The notes below the pieces were generated by a model that worked only from the letters and a program-made list of their open reading frames with translations, did not search any database and had not been told where the DNA came from. Shown here piece after piece: positions 27,215 through 40,030 of a stretch of DNA of 64,000 nucleotides. This DNA is from the human T2T-CHM13v2.0 reference genome, Homo sapiens: assembly GCF_009914755.1 (NCBI RefSeq), contig NC_060943.1, one strand, 5' to 3'. The translations under genes and the position numbers were made by a program. Every line of letters starts with the position of its first letter. The first letter of the stretch is position 1.

Positions 27215-28907
27215 TAAAGTTTATACGGAGAGGTCAAAGACCCAAAATAATCAGCACAGTATGAAGAACAAAGTTGGAAGACCGTCTCTAACCAACTTCA
27301 AGTTTTACTGTAAAACCACGGTAAACAAGATAATGTGGCATTGGTGAAAGAACAGACAAACAGCTCATTAGAACAAAATAGAAAGCCCGGAAATAGGCCC
27401 ACATAAGTATAGTCAGCAGATTTTTAGCAAAGGAAAAAAGGCAATAAAATGGAACAAAGATAGTATTTTGAACAAATGGTGCGGAAACAACTGGACATCC
27501 ACATGCAAACCAAAAAAAAAAAAAAAGAGTCTAGACACAGACCTTACACCCTTCAAAACAATTAACTCAAAGTACATCACAGCCCCAAATGTAAAATACA
27601 AAACTATGAAACTCCTAGAAAACAGTATAAGAGAAAATCCAGCTAATCTAGAGTTTAGCAATGACTTTATAGACCAAACACCAAAGACACAATCCATGGA
27701 ATAATGAAGCAATAAGCTGAACTTCATTAAAATTAAAAATTTTAGCCCTATGAAATATGCTGTCAAGAAAGTAAAAAGAGAAGCCACAGACTGGGAGAAA
27801 TATTTGCAAAAGACACATCTGATAAAGAACTATTATTCAAAATATGCAAAGAACTCTTAAAACTCAATAATAAGAAAATGGCTCATTTAATAAATTGTGC
27901 CAAAGACCTTAACAGACACCTCAACAAAGAAGATATGCAGATGGAAAATAAGCATATGAAAAGGTGCTCCATGACATATGACATAAGGTAAATGCAAATT
28001 AGTACAGCTGTGATATACACTACACACCTGTTAGAATGGCCAAAATCCAGAACACTGAGACATTAAATATAAGGATGTGGAGCTAAAGGAACTCATTCAT
28101 TGCAGGTAGGAATACAAAATGGTACAATCACTTTGGAAGGTAATTTGGTGATTTCTTACAACACTAAACACACTCCTGCCATACTATCCAGCAATCATAC
28201 TCCTTGATATTTACCCAAAGGAGCTGAAAACAGATACACAGAAAAATCTGCACACAGATATGTATATCAACTTTATTCATTCATATGTGCCAAAACTTAG
28301 AAAAAATCAAGATGTTCTTCAACAGATGAATGGAAAAATAAACTGTGGTACATTTAGACAATGAAATATTATTTAGTGCTGAAAATCAATGAGCTATCAA
28401 GTCATAAAATGAGCTATCAAACCGTAAAAAGACAGAGAGGAGTCTTAAATGCATATTACTAAATGAGAAAAGCCAATGTGAAAAGGCCTCATACTGTATG
28501 ATTCCAACTATATGACATTTTGGAAAAGGCAAAAGAAGGTAGACAGTAAAAAGATTAGTGGCTGCCAAGGGTTAGTGGGAAGGCATGAACAGACTGAGTG
28601 CAGAAGATTTTTAGGATATGAAGCTGCTCTGTACAATACCATGATGATAAAGACGTATCATCATAACCGGTCTGAATCTGTATAATGTACAACAAGAGTG
28701 AGCCCTAATGTAAACTATGAACTTTGGGTGATAAGTATGTGTAAATGTAGGTTCATCAGTTATAACAAAAATGCCACCTTGGCAGGGGTTGTTAACAATG
28801 GGGGAGGCTGTGCACATGTGGGGACCGGGTTGTATGGGAAATCTCTGTGTTTGCTGCTCCATTTTGCTGTGAACCTGAAACTGCTCCAAAAATAAATAAA
28901 AATAAAA

Positions 28908-29402
28908 TGAGATTAGATAGAAATAGATGTAGATAAATAATTACAGACAGTTACAGACACAGATAGATACAAGTACAGATAGATACAGATACTGGTATAG
29001 ATAAAGATACAGATAAAAATACAGATACAGATAGATGATACAGATACAGATACAGATAGATACAGATATAGATACAGATACAAGTATAGATACAGATATA
29101 GATCCAGATACAAGTATAGATACAGATACAGATAGATGATACAGATACAGACAGCTACAGGTACAGATTGATGATACAGATACAGATACAAATACAGACA
29201 GATACAGATACAGATATAGATAGATACAAATATAGATACAGATACTGATAGATGATACAAATAGATACAGATATATATACAGATACAGATATAGATACAG
29301 ATACAGATAGATACAGATACAGATATAAGTACAGATACAGATACAGATGTAGATACAGATAGATACAGATACAGATATAGATGCAGATACAGATACAGAT
29401 AA
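28908..29402. repeat. ~0.5-kb degenerate (GATACA)n array
   Basis: Read directly. Source of the YL/CI/VS repeat ORFs. Confidence 0.95.
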
Positions 29403-29882
29403 TGCAAAGTGAGTTTAGAACCAACGTCTGCACCATAAGCATATTATTATGTGACTGTGTCCACATTAAAGGAAAAGTGTGCCCTACAGAAAACTTATTG
29501 ATGCCAATGTGGCTATGATGAGTTATCAACAAATAGAATCTATGCTGAACTATCATATTTTGCCCTCCAAGGCCAGTGACCAGTGCCAAGTTAACCTGTT
29601 AAATCCCAAAGCAGAATTATGTGACCAGATGGAAAATTCCAATTGAACATCTGTGTTACAGAAAGAATGGGGCCTTCCACAGCCTGGCTGAAGATGCAGA
29701 ATAATACTTGTTAGTAGTCATATCTCAAAATGAGAAAAGTGGCTATTCCCTTTGTATGGAGCTGTGAATCCTGAACTTTTCTTCATCAGCAACTTCTTAA
29801 ACATCTTTTTCAGTGAATCTCCTGCTTTGGAATACTGCATCTATGACACAAAGCAAAGTAACAAATAATTCATTTTCTCACT

Positions 29883-31050
29883 TTTTTTCCTTTTATAGGT
29901 ACATAATATTTTACATATTTATGGGGTAAGTGTTTGTTACACATGTATAATGTGTGATGATCAGGTCAGGGTATTTGGGGTATCCATGGTAAGTACTCAA
30001 GTACTTATCATGTCTATTGTTGATATCGTTTTAAGTCCACTCTTATAGTAACTTTGAAATATACAAACTACTGTTGCTAAGTATAATCACCCTGGTCTGC
30101 TATCAAACATTAGAACTTATTTATTTCATCTGACTATATATTTGTACGCAAACTCTCCTCATTCCCTCACTCCTACTCACTCACCTCCTCTTCCCAGTCT
30201 CTGGTAGCTGTTAGTCTATTTTCTATGTCCATGAGAACATTTTTGACTCCCACATATGAGTGAGACTATGCAATATTTGTCTTTCTGTGCCTGGTTTATT
30301 TCACTTAACATAATGGCCTCCTCCAGTTCCACCCATGTTGCTGCAAATAACATAATTTCATTTTTTATGGCCGAATAGTACTCCATTGTGTGTACATACC
30401 ACATCCTCTTTATTCATTCATCTGCTGTGGACACTTAGGTTGATTCCATATCTTGGCTATTGTGAATAGTGCTGCAATAAACACGCAAGAGCAGGTCTCA
30501 CTTTGATATACAGATTTATTTTCCTTTGGATAAATCCCCAGTGGTCGATTGCTGTATCTTATGGTAGTTCTATTTTTAGTTTTTTGAGAAATCTCCATAC
30601 TATTTTCCATAGTGGTTGTACTAATTTACATTTCCACCAGCAGTGTATGACTTCCCTTTTCTCCACTTCCTTGCTAGCATCTATTACTTTTTGTCTTTTT
30701 AGTAATAGCCATCCTGACTGGTGTGAGATGCTATATCACTGTGGTTTTAATTTGCCTTTCCCTGAATGATTAGTAGTAATATCGAGCATTTTTTCATAGA
30801 CCTGTTGGCCATTCATACATCTTCTCTTGAGACATGTTTGTTCCCTTCTTTTGTCCATTTTTAATGGGATTATTTGTTTTTTCACTATGGTGTTGCTTAG
30901 TTCCTTGTATATTCTGGGTATTAGTCCCCTGGAGGATGTGTAGTTTGCAAACATTTTCTCCCATTCAAGAGGTTGTTTCTTCACTTTTTTGATTGTTTCT
31001 TCTGCTGTGAAGCTTTTTAGTTTTATATAGTCCTATATGTCTACTTGTTT
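29883..31050 (-). mobile_element. L1MA4/5-like 3' end
   Basis: tacatatttatggggta...tcagggtatttgggg 3'UTR. ORF 30216-30404 ([14 protein letters not shown]). Confidence 0.9.
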
Positions 31051-31190
31051 TAACTCTTCTTTAATCTAAGACATGTGGTTGTCAATCAGAGCTGCAGATT
31101 ATCCTAAAATGACCACCACTAGCTGAGTTGATAGACTTCAGAACAAAAACTAGGCCCTTGATGGCCTCTTCAGCCTTCAGATACCTCTTA

Positions 31191-31649
<459 letters not shown>

Positions 31650-31989
31650 TCAGAAGGATTCAGATGTTCCAAGGAAAATTGATGCATAGTGACACAGTCT
31701 GTCCAAGATATGGGTTGACTGTTACCTGGATTCTGGGATATAATACTGTACAGTTATTAGTTAACCAAAAAAAGGCATTTATGGTTGTTAGCAGCAAAGA
31801 AATATATGATGTTGTCTCCAAATGTTACTAAAGTATCATTCAATCCCAGAAGAAAATGGAACAATATTTATAAAATTCTGAAAGAAAAAGTAAAACAAAA
31901 AATTGTCTTTTAGCCCATCACAAACAGGTTGTTTTATTAAGAACAGATTAGTATAATTCAGCAAGGTTGGCTAAGGGTTTTAGGACATA

Positions 31990-32180
31990 ATAACAACGTA
32001 TTGTGTGCTTAGAAACCACTAAGAGATATTTTAATTGTTCTTACCACAAAAAAATGATAAATATGTGGGCAATGCATATGTTAATTAATTTGATTTAGAC
32101 ATTTAATAATTTATACATGTTTCAAAACATTATGTTGTACACATTAAATACATGCAATTTTGTCAATTAAAAATAAATAA
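31990..32180 (+). mobile_element. Short L1MA (7/8-like) 3' end
   Basis: tgttcttaccacaaaaaaatgataa...aattttgtcaattaaaaataaataa. TSD-like gttttaggac(a/g)ta on both sides. Confidence 0.8.
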
Positions 32181-32434
32181 GTGAGTTTTAGGACGTAGTC
32201 TGGTTACAATAATGGAAGACAGTCATAGCTGCTAAAATAGCAGCTCATCTTTCCTGTAGTTTTTGATTGCCTAATATTCAATCTCAAGTACATGGTAAAC
32301 ATGGATCCTTCTTATGGAGATGAATGGAATTTTTTATTTTAGTGAACTTTCCTTACATAAGTTTACCTCCTAAGAGTTTACAACATGATATCCAATCCAT
32401 TGTTTCAACTGATGAGGAATTATAGTCCAAAGTG

Positions 32435-33925
32435 TACTATGGAGTTCTGAGATTTTGACTTACATGGAGTAGCTTATAGAGCATCCGATCTCCCATTGAA
32501 CTAGAAAATCTAGATAAAATACACAAAGGGATGTCTTCTAGAAGAATCAGAACGTTACCAAAGCAATCAGGATTAAGAGGCCATGACCCCGGAAGGGAGG
32601 GAAGGGATGTGAAAGTTAGCCCAACATTACATCTACTAATTATCCCCTTGGAGGATTTACCAATCCTCCTTGGCTGCAAAGAGCAAGAGGCCTGAGATGG
32701 CATATTTAATTTTTCCTTAATTTCACAGGCTAAGAACATAAAAATTGGAATTCAGGACTGTCACTCTAGCTAAACATAAACAGCCAAGTTTCCAGAGAGT
32801 AGGAGTCACAGACATACATCTGGCACTCTGCACCTGTTTTCTCCTTGAGACATTTACTGATTCCAAAGCTTTGTGGGGCTAGAGTCCCTGAAGCCAAGCA
32901 AAGAGAGGAAGAAAAGCTGAAGGGAGGTTTTGGCTATCTTACCATGCTAGGAATACAAAAATTAAAGTTCAGTGCTCACCAATGAAGCAATACACTGGTA
33001 AATATTCAGGCTTTCAGCTGAGATGCCTGAAGGACAAACCAGAGATAGAATCAGCCTTACAAACAGTGAAACCCAGACAGGAGTCAGCTCAGTTCTGGAT
33101 TGAATCAAATTGGTATGTTTATACTCTCACTGTCATGTAGAAGAAGATAATCACTGAAAGCTTCTACAATTTTTCAGAGAGTATGTCTGGTATAAAATTT
33201 AAAAATTATCAAGCACAGAAGGAAACAAAACCAAGTGGGGGGTGGCTAGAAATCATACAAATAGGAACATCTTCATAGATTTAAGGTTATCAGACATTGA
33301 CTAAAATAACTATGGTTAGCATGTTCAGGAAAATAGGCAAGATGAAGTTCTCCCAAGAATACTTTTTAAGAATAAAATGTAATTCTAGATCTGAAAAATT
33401 TTAATGGCTGAAATTGTGTACTCAATAGAAGTGTTTAGTAGCAAATTAAACACAGCTTTAAAAAATAAGTAAATTGGAAATTAAAACAGGAGCCAATTCA
33501 CTTAAAATATAACAGAGAGGAAAATATATGAAAAATACAGAAGAAAATGTAAGGGGAACATGTGGTACAGTAAAAATGTTTAATATACTACTGATTAAAG
33601 ATAATGAAGAGAGGAAAGAGGGAAAGGGGCATGAGCAATATTTGAAGAGATAATGGCCAGTAATAATTCAAGAAAAGAATTTGCCAACACAACATCATAA
33701 ATGGGAAAAAGATTTCCAACTGAAAATCAAGAAACTCTGCAAATGTTAGGCAAATAAATATGAAGAAACTACAACTCAGAATATGAGCGCCTAACTGCTA
33801 TAACAAAAAGAAAAGTCCCTTAAAAACATCCAGAAAAGAAAAGAAGTATTACCTTAAAAGTAGCAATGGATGGACTGACAGCTGACTTCTGCAAAGAAAT
33901 GATGGAAGCCAGGAAAAAATAGAAG
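32435..33925 (+). mobile_element. Old L1M/L1ME 5'UTR + ORF1 remnant
   Basis: ORF1-type sequence (gcaatatttgaagagataatggccag; gactgacagctgacttct...gaaatgatggaagccagg). Confidence 0.7.
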
Positions 33926-33929
33926 GCTA

Positions 33930-36720
33930 TGAACAACAATTGAGTCAAAGAAGAAATTAAAACATAAATTTTAAAATATCTTGAGACAAACGAAAATGGA
34001 AACACAACGTACCAAAACTTATGAGATGTAGCAAAAGCAGCTCTAAAAAGAAAGTTTATAGCAAGAAATGCCTATAACAAAAAGAAGACTGAATATAAAT
34101 AGCTTAATATTTCACCTCAAGGAACTGGAAGAAAAAGAAGCTCAGAGGAAGGAAATACTAAAGATCAGAGCAAAAATAAATAAGAGAGACTATTCAAAAA
34201 TAATTCAAAAGATCAACAGAACTGAGTTGTTCTTTTTTGAAAAAAATTGATAAACCTTCAGCTAGACTAAGGGAAAAATGAGGACTCAAAGTCAGAACTG
34301 AAAGAGGAGACATTAAAACCAATACCACAGAGATACAAAGAATTATAAGATTACTATGGACAATTGTACATCAACAAATGAGATAATCTAGAATCGAGAA
34401 AATTCTTAGAAACATGCAATCTACCAAGACTAAATCATTAAGAAACAGAAAATCTGAACAGACCAATGAGTAAGGAAATTGAAACAGTAATAAAAAGTCT
34501 CCCAACAAAGAAAATCCCAGGACCAGATAGATTCACTGCTGAATTCTACAAAACATTTAAAGAACAACTAATACCAAACTCTACCACAAAATTAAGGAGG
34601 AAGTACTTCCAAATTCATTTTAAAAGTCCAGGACTACCCTAATACCAAAGCCAGGCAAGGACACTACAAGAAAACAAAATTGTAGGCCAATATCCCTGAT
34701 GACCATAGATGCAAAAATCTTCCAGAAAATATTAGCAACCTGAATTCAACAGTGCATTAGAAGGATTATTCACCATTATTAAGTGGGATTTATTCCTGGG
34801 ATACAAAGATGGTTCAACATATGCAAATCAATGAATGTGAAATAGCCCATTAACAGAATAAAGGACAAAATCTATGTGATTATTTCAATAGATGCAGATA
34901 ACTCGTGGCAAAATTCAACATCATTTTATGGTAAAAATTCTCAACAAATTAGTTACAGAAGGAATGAACCTCAACACACAAAAAAAGGCCACATGTCACA
35001 AGCTCACAGTTCACACAATACTCAGTGGTAAAATTTGAAAGCTTTGTCTCTAAGATCAAGAATAAAACAAAGATGCCCATTCTCACCACTCCTAACCAAC
35101 ATAGTACTAGAAATCCTAGCCAGAGCAACAGGCAAATAAAAGACATCCAAATCAGAAAGGAAAAAGTGAAATTGTCTCTGTTTGCAGATGGTGTAATTTT
35201 ATGTACAGAAAATGCTAAACGTGTGAAAAAATTGTTAAAACTAATAAATACAGTAAAGTTGTAGAACACAAGATCAGCATATAAAACTCCATAATATTTC
35301 TTTATAATAACAACAAACCTATTAAAAAATTCAAAACAATCCTGTTTACATTAGCCACAAAAAATTTAATAGCTTGTGAATAAATTAACCTAAGGAGGTG
35401 AAAGATCTGTATGATGAAAACTACAAAACATTGATAAAATACATTGAAGAAAACACAAATAAATGGAAAGATATCCTGTGTTCATAAACTGGAAGAAGGA
35501 ATATTATTGAAATGTGCATAACACCCAAAGCAACCTACAGATTCAATGCAATCTCTGTCAAAACTCCAATGACATTTTTTACAGAAGTAGAAAGAAATCC
35601 TAAGATGTGAACGGAACCACAAAGTACCCCAAATACCCAAAGCAATCTTGGGCCAAAAAACAAAGCTGGAAGCAACATGCTAAATGATTTTAAAATAGGA
35701 TACAAAGCTATAGCAATCAAAACATCATGGTACTGGCATTAAAATAGGCACATAAACCAATGGAACAGAAATGAGAGGCCAAGAATAAATTCACACATTT
35801 ATAGATTTGGTCAACAAATATTTATTTATAAATAATTGAATAAATATAAATGTTTATATTGGTCAATTGATTTGTGACAAAGGTGCCAAGAACACACAAT
35901 GGGGAAAGGACAAACACTTCAATAAATGGTGTTGGAACAAATTGCATATCCACAGGCACAAGGATGAAATTTGACTCCGATCTTGAAAACAGCTTTGCAA
36001 AGATTATGACAGTGACAGAAGTCTAGCAAGGCTGACTCTGTCTTGCTTCTAACAAATGATCCAGCAACCCCACTACTTGGTATAGATCCAAGGTAAGTGA
36101 AATCAGTACGTTGAAGAGATATCTGCACTCCCATGCCCATTGTGTTCATTGCAGCATTATCCACAATCACTAAGATATGGAATCAACAGAAGCATCTATC
36201 AACAGAGGAATGGATAAAGAAAATGTGGGATATATACACAATGGAATAGCATTCAGCCTGAAAGAAGAAAATCCTGCCATCTGTGACAACTTGGATGAAC
36301 CTGGAGGACACTATGTTAAGTGAAATAAGCCAGGCACAGAAAGACAAATATAGTATGATGTCACTTCTACATAGAATCTAAACAAGTTGAATTCATAGAA
36401 GCAGAAGGTAGAATAGTGGTTGCCAAGGCAAGAGTGAGAAAGAAAGACAGGTTGGGAGATAATCAAAGTATACAGAATTTCAGTTAGACAGGAATTATTT
36501 CATGACATCTATTGTGTAACACAATAACTATAGTAAATAACAATGTATTATATACTTGAAAGTTGCTAAGAGATTAGATTTTAAGTGTTCTCACCACAAA
36601 AAAGCATGTGAAATAATGCATATGTTATTTAGCAAAATGTAGCAATTTCACAATGTATACATATTTCAAAACATAAATGTACACCATAAATATATACAAT
36701 TTTGTCAAGTAAAAATTGAA
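33930..36720 (+). mobile_element. L1MA8-like ORF2 + 3'UTR with an internal deletion
   Basis: RT remnant IQIRKEKVKLSLFADGVIL (35025-35264). 3'UTR gattttaagtgttctcaccacaaa. Confidence 0.9.
35984..36053 (+). mobile_element. 5' stub of an ERV1 LTR (LTR8/8A-like)
   Basis: tgaaaacagctttgcaaagattatgacagtgacagaagtctagcaaggctgactctgtcttgcttctaac resembles the LTR8-family start. Confidence 0.65.
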
Positions 36721-36869
36721 AAATTCTAGAATGAATAATAAGAAAAATTTACACTTTGATTTTGAATTACAACAAAAAACTAGTAAGTAAAAAAGAAGAT
36801 AGAAAGTTAAGTATAAATGTCAGAAAGAATTATCAAACTAGACTTTATAACCACTGAAAATAACTTTTA

Positions 36870-36921
36870 AGAGATTGGGCCACTGCACAAAGCAGGACTC
36901 TGTCAAAAAAAAAAAAAAAAA
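36870..36921 (+). mobile_element. Extreme 3' Alu fragment with poly(A)
   Basis: agattgggccactgcac...gcaggactctgtc(A)n. Confidence 0.65.
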
Positions 36922-36931
36922 GAGTGGAAAG

Positions 36932-39820
36932 TTGGTTCCACTTGTGATAAAGATAGAGTAACAGAAACTGAATTTACCTTCTGGCCTTAAAAATTAAAAA
37001 CAAAACAAAACCCAAAATTTGTATCAAGCAAGGTATTTTAGACACTGGACAACAGGCAGCTCAGGACAATGATTCCCAAGTGGATACAAACAAATGAGGT
37101 GACCCCTACAGTAGCTTAAGACAAAGATTGTCAGAGTGAATTTAAAAATATAAGCCAATACTTATCTATACTCTATCTCAAAGAACCAAACTTTATATAA
37201 ATGATAGCCAAGGAAAATTATAAAATATTTTGAACTGAATGAAAATGAAAATCTTTTGAACTAAATAGACAATATATTAAGATGTATGGGATACCACTAA
37301 AGCAGGTATTAAAGGAAAATTTGTAGCATTACATTCTAGCACAAGAAAGAAGAAATGTCTGAAATTAATAACCTAAGCTTACACTCTAAAAAGCTTTGAA
37401 AGCTTTGTCTCTAAGATCAAGCTTCCACTCTAAAAAGTTTTGAAAACTTTGTCTCTAAGATCAAGCTTCCAGTCTAAAAGGTTTTGAAAACTTTGTCTCT
37501 AAGATCAAGCTTCCACTCTAAGCTTAGGTTATTAATTTGAGGTTACTTCCTGGAGAGTTTCCAGGTCATACTGCAAGAAAGGGAAATCCAAAGAGAGCTC
37601 AGTGAGCTCCCTGAGTTAAGGAGACAAAATTTTCAAGTTAAAAAAAGAGGCCAGAATCCACAGGGCAGGATACAGAATAAAAGATTTCTGCACAAAGAGA
37701 GTTCTGGAGATCTGGAGAGAGTTCTCCTCAATTCTTCATCTCAGCACTGATCAGCATATTTGTGTGAGGAAAATGCACAAAGCCAGGGAAAAACCAGAAA
37801 GGATCACGTTTTAAAATAATAAAGATCACATATAGCTAGAAATAATTCACCTTCACAGCAGCCAAAGTGGAGAAGCTTCAAAACACACAGGGCTTTGGGT
37901 GGAGCACTCAGAAGGTATTGCCTCGGTATTGGAGCTATAGGAGCCCTAGACTAAAGGCTGCTCCTGCCCAGTCTAACAAAGGTTAAGAGTAAGGATATGA
38001 AAACAGTGATTATTAGTATGTTGCATCTTTCAAGAAGACAAAACAATGCATGAGTATGTTAAGAAGAGACATGGAAGATATTTTTTTAGACTGAAGTAGA
38101 AAAATAAGTACACTATCCAAAACAAAACACAGAAAAATAAAAAGACTGAAAAAACTTACATTGCAATGTGGAAAACTCTAAGTGGACTAATATTGGGGGC
38201 CCAGAAAGCATAAGGGCAGAAAAATATTTGAAGACATAGTGGCTGAAACTTTTCCAAATTTCATGAAAATTGTGAACCTGTAGATTAAATGAATTCAACA
38301 AAACCCAAGCACAATAGGTATGAGGAGCACTATAACAAGATCTAACATAATCAAGTTGCTTAAACCAGTGATAAAGAGATAATCTTAAAATCAGCCAGAC
38401 AGCAAAAAATACATTATATACAGAGAAATAAATAGAATGATAGCAGTTATGCTCAAAAAGCATGCAAAAATAAAATACAGAATATAACCATTAAATATAT
38501 ATGTCAGAAAACAGTACATCTTTAAAGCACTGAAAGAGAAAGTCTAACCTACAGTTTTATACCCAGTAAAGCTCTTTTGGATAAATAAAGGTGAAATAAA
38601 GGTCTTTCAGACAAAGACAAGCTGAAAGAACTTATCATCAGAAGACTAGTATCATAAGAAATGTTAAAGAGAAAATCCTTCAGGAAAAAAAAACTGATAC
38701 CAAATAGAAATCAGAATCTACACAAAGGAATTAAGATGGGAAGAGTATGTATGAGGGTGAAAATTAAAAACTTTTCAAAAGTTTTGCAAATCTTTTTTAG
38801 AAGATAATCGATTGTTTAAAACAAAATAATAACAATGTATAATGGAGTTTATAACATAAGCAACATGTTATCAGAGTAAAATATATTATGACAATAGCAA
38901 AGAGACTTGGAAAGGAAGAAACAGAAGTGATTGTGTAAGGTTCCTTGCCATAAGAAAAGTGTTATAATATCATGTAAGGCAGAGCATGATAAGTTACAGA
39001 TATAGTCTGTAAACCCTAAAGCAGCCACAAAAATAGCACAACAAAGTGTTATAGCTAATAAGTTAACAAAGGAGATGAAATTGAATCATGATATTTTCAA
39101 TTACTACAAACAAAGAAAAAGAGGAGAATGGGAAGAGAACAAAGAAACTAATAGAAAATAATTATCAAGATGGTAAATTTACACATGACTGTATTAATAA
39201 TCACATTACTCATAAATGGCCTAAACACTCCGATTAGAAGGCAGAGATTGTCAGAATAGATTAAAAATATAAAAAATACACATCTACACTCTATCTCAAA
39301 GAATCATACTTCATGTAAGAAACAAATGGGTTAAAAGTTAAATGATGGTCAAGGGAAGTTATAAAATATTTTGAATTGAATAAAAATGAAAATCTTTTGA
39401 ACTGAATTAACAATATTTTAAAATGTGTGGGATACCACTAAAGCAAGTATTAGAGGAAAATATATAACATTAAATGCTAATACAGAAAATAAGAAATGTC
39501 TGAAGTTAGTAATCTAAGCTTTCAATCTAAGAAATTAGAGAACAAAACAAAACAAAAACAAATTAAACCAAAGGCAAAGAGAAGAAAATAAATAATAAGT
39601 GCAGAAATAAATGGAATTAAAAACAGAAAAATAATCCAGAAAAAACAGAATCAAACTGGTTTTTTGAAGATATCAATAAAGCCAATAAACCTCTAGCCAG
39701 ATGTACTAAGGATAAAAGAGGGAGAAAGAGAGAAAGAGAAAGAGAATCTCCTGTATCCGGACTAAGAAGGAACATCATTACAGACCCTGCAGACATAATA
39801 GTAATCATAACAATAAAGAT
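36932..39820 (+). mobile_element. Old L1M/L1ME: 5'UTR, ORF1 and deleted 5' ORF2, interrupted at ~37113-37540
   Basis: 5'UTR aaatgaggtgacccctaca...ttacttcctggagagtttccagg. ORF2 start taaatggcctaaacactccgattagaaggcagagattg. Confidence 0.75.
37375..37521. repeat. 44-bp tandem repeat x3.3 within a 20-bp inverted repeat (37362-37381 / 37519-37538)
   Basis: Unit AAGCTTCCACTCTAAAAAGTTTTGAAAACTTTGTCTCTAAGATC at 37375, 37419, 37463, partial at 37507. Confidence 0.95.
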
Positions 39821-39854
39821 TAGCCTGTGAGTAACCTGTGTCTGAATCCACAAG

Positions 39855-40030
39855 GAGCTAGTCAATAGTTTAGATTCCTGGGGCCCATCCCAATCATAAT
39901 GAATAAAAATTTCAGGGCTAATCAGAAGAAAGGAACATAATAATAATGATAATAATAATAGGGTTTGACATTTTTGCAAACACTCCAGATGACTGATGCA
40001 AAGTTGAGCTCAAGGTGCACTGCCTTAGAT
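39855..40030. mobile_element. MER5-like hAT MITE remnant
   Basis: agattcctgggcccatccc...ttttgcaaacactccagatga...cactgccttaga. Confidence 0.55.

Larger units (their letters stand above)
24975..28905 (+). mobile_element. L1MC1-like ORF2 + 3'UTR
   Basis: ORF2 remnants (NKWCGNNWTSTCK). 3'UTR gtgagccctaatgtaaactatg...ttttgctgtgaacctgaaactgctc. Confidence 0.9.

Noticed and set aside
28913-29589. YL/CI/VS-repeat proteins
   Set aside because: Translation of the GATACA array
37375-37521. CRISPR-like array
   Set aside because: Units are directly tandem with no unique spacers, derive from L1, lie in primate DNA and have no cas genes nearby
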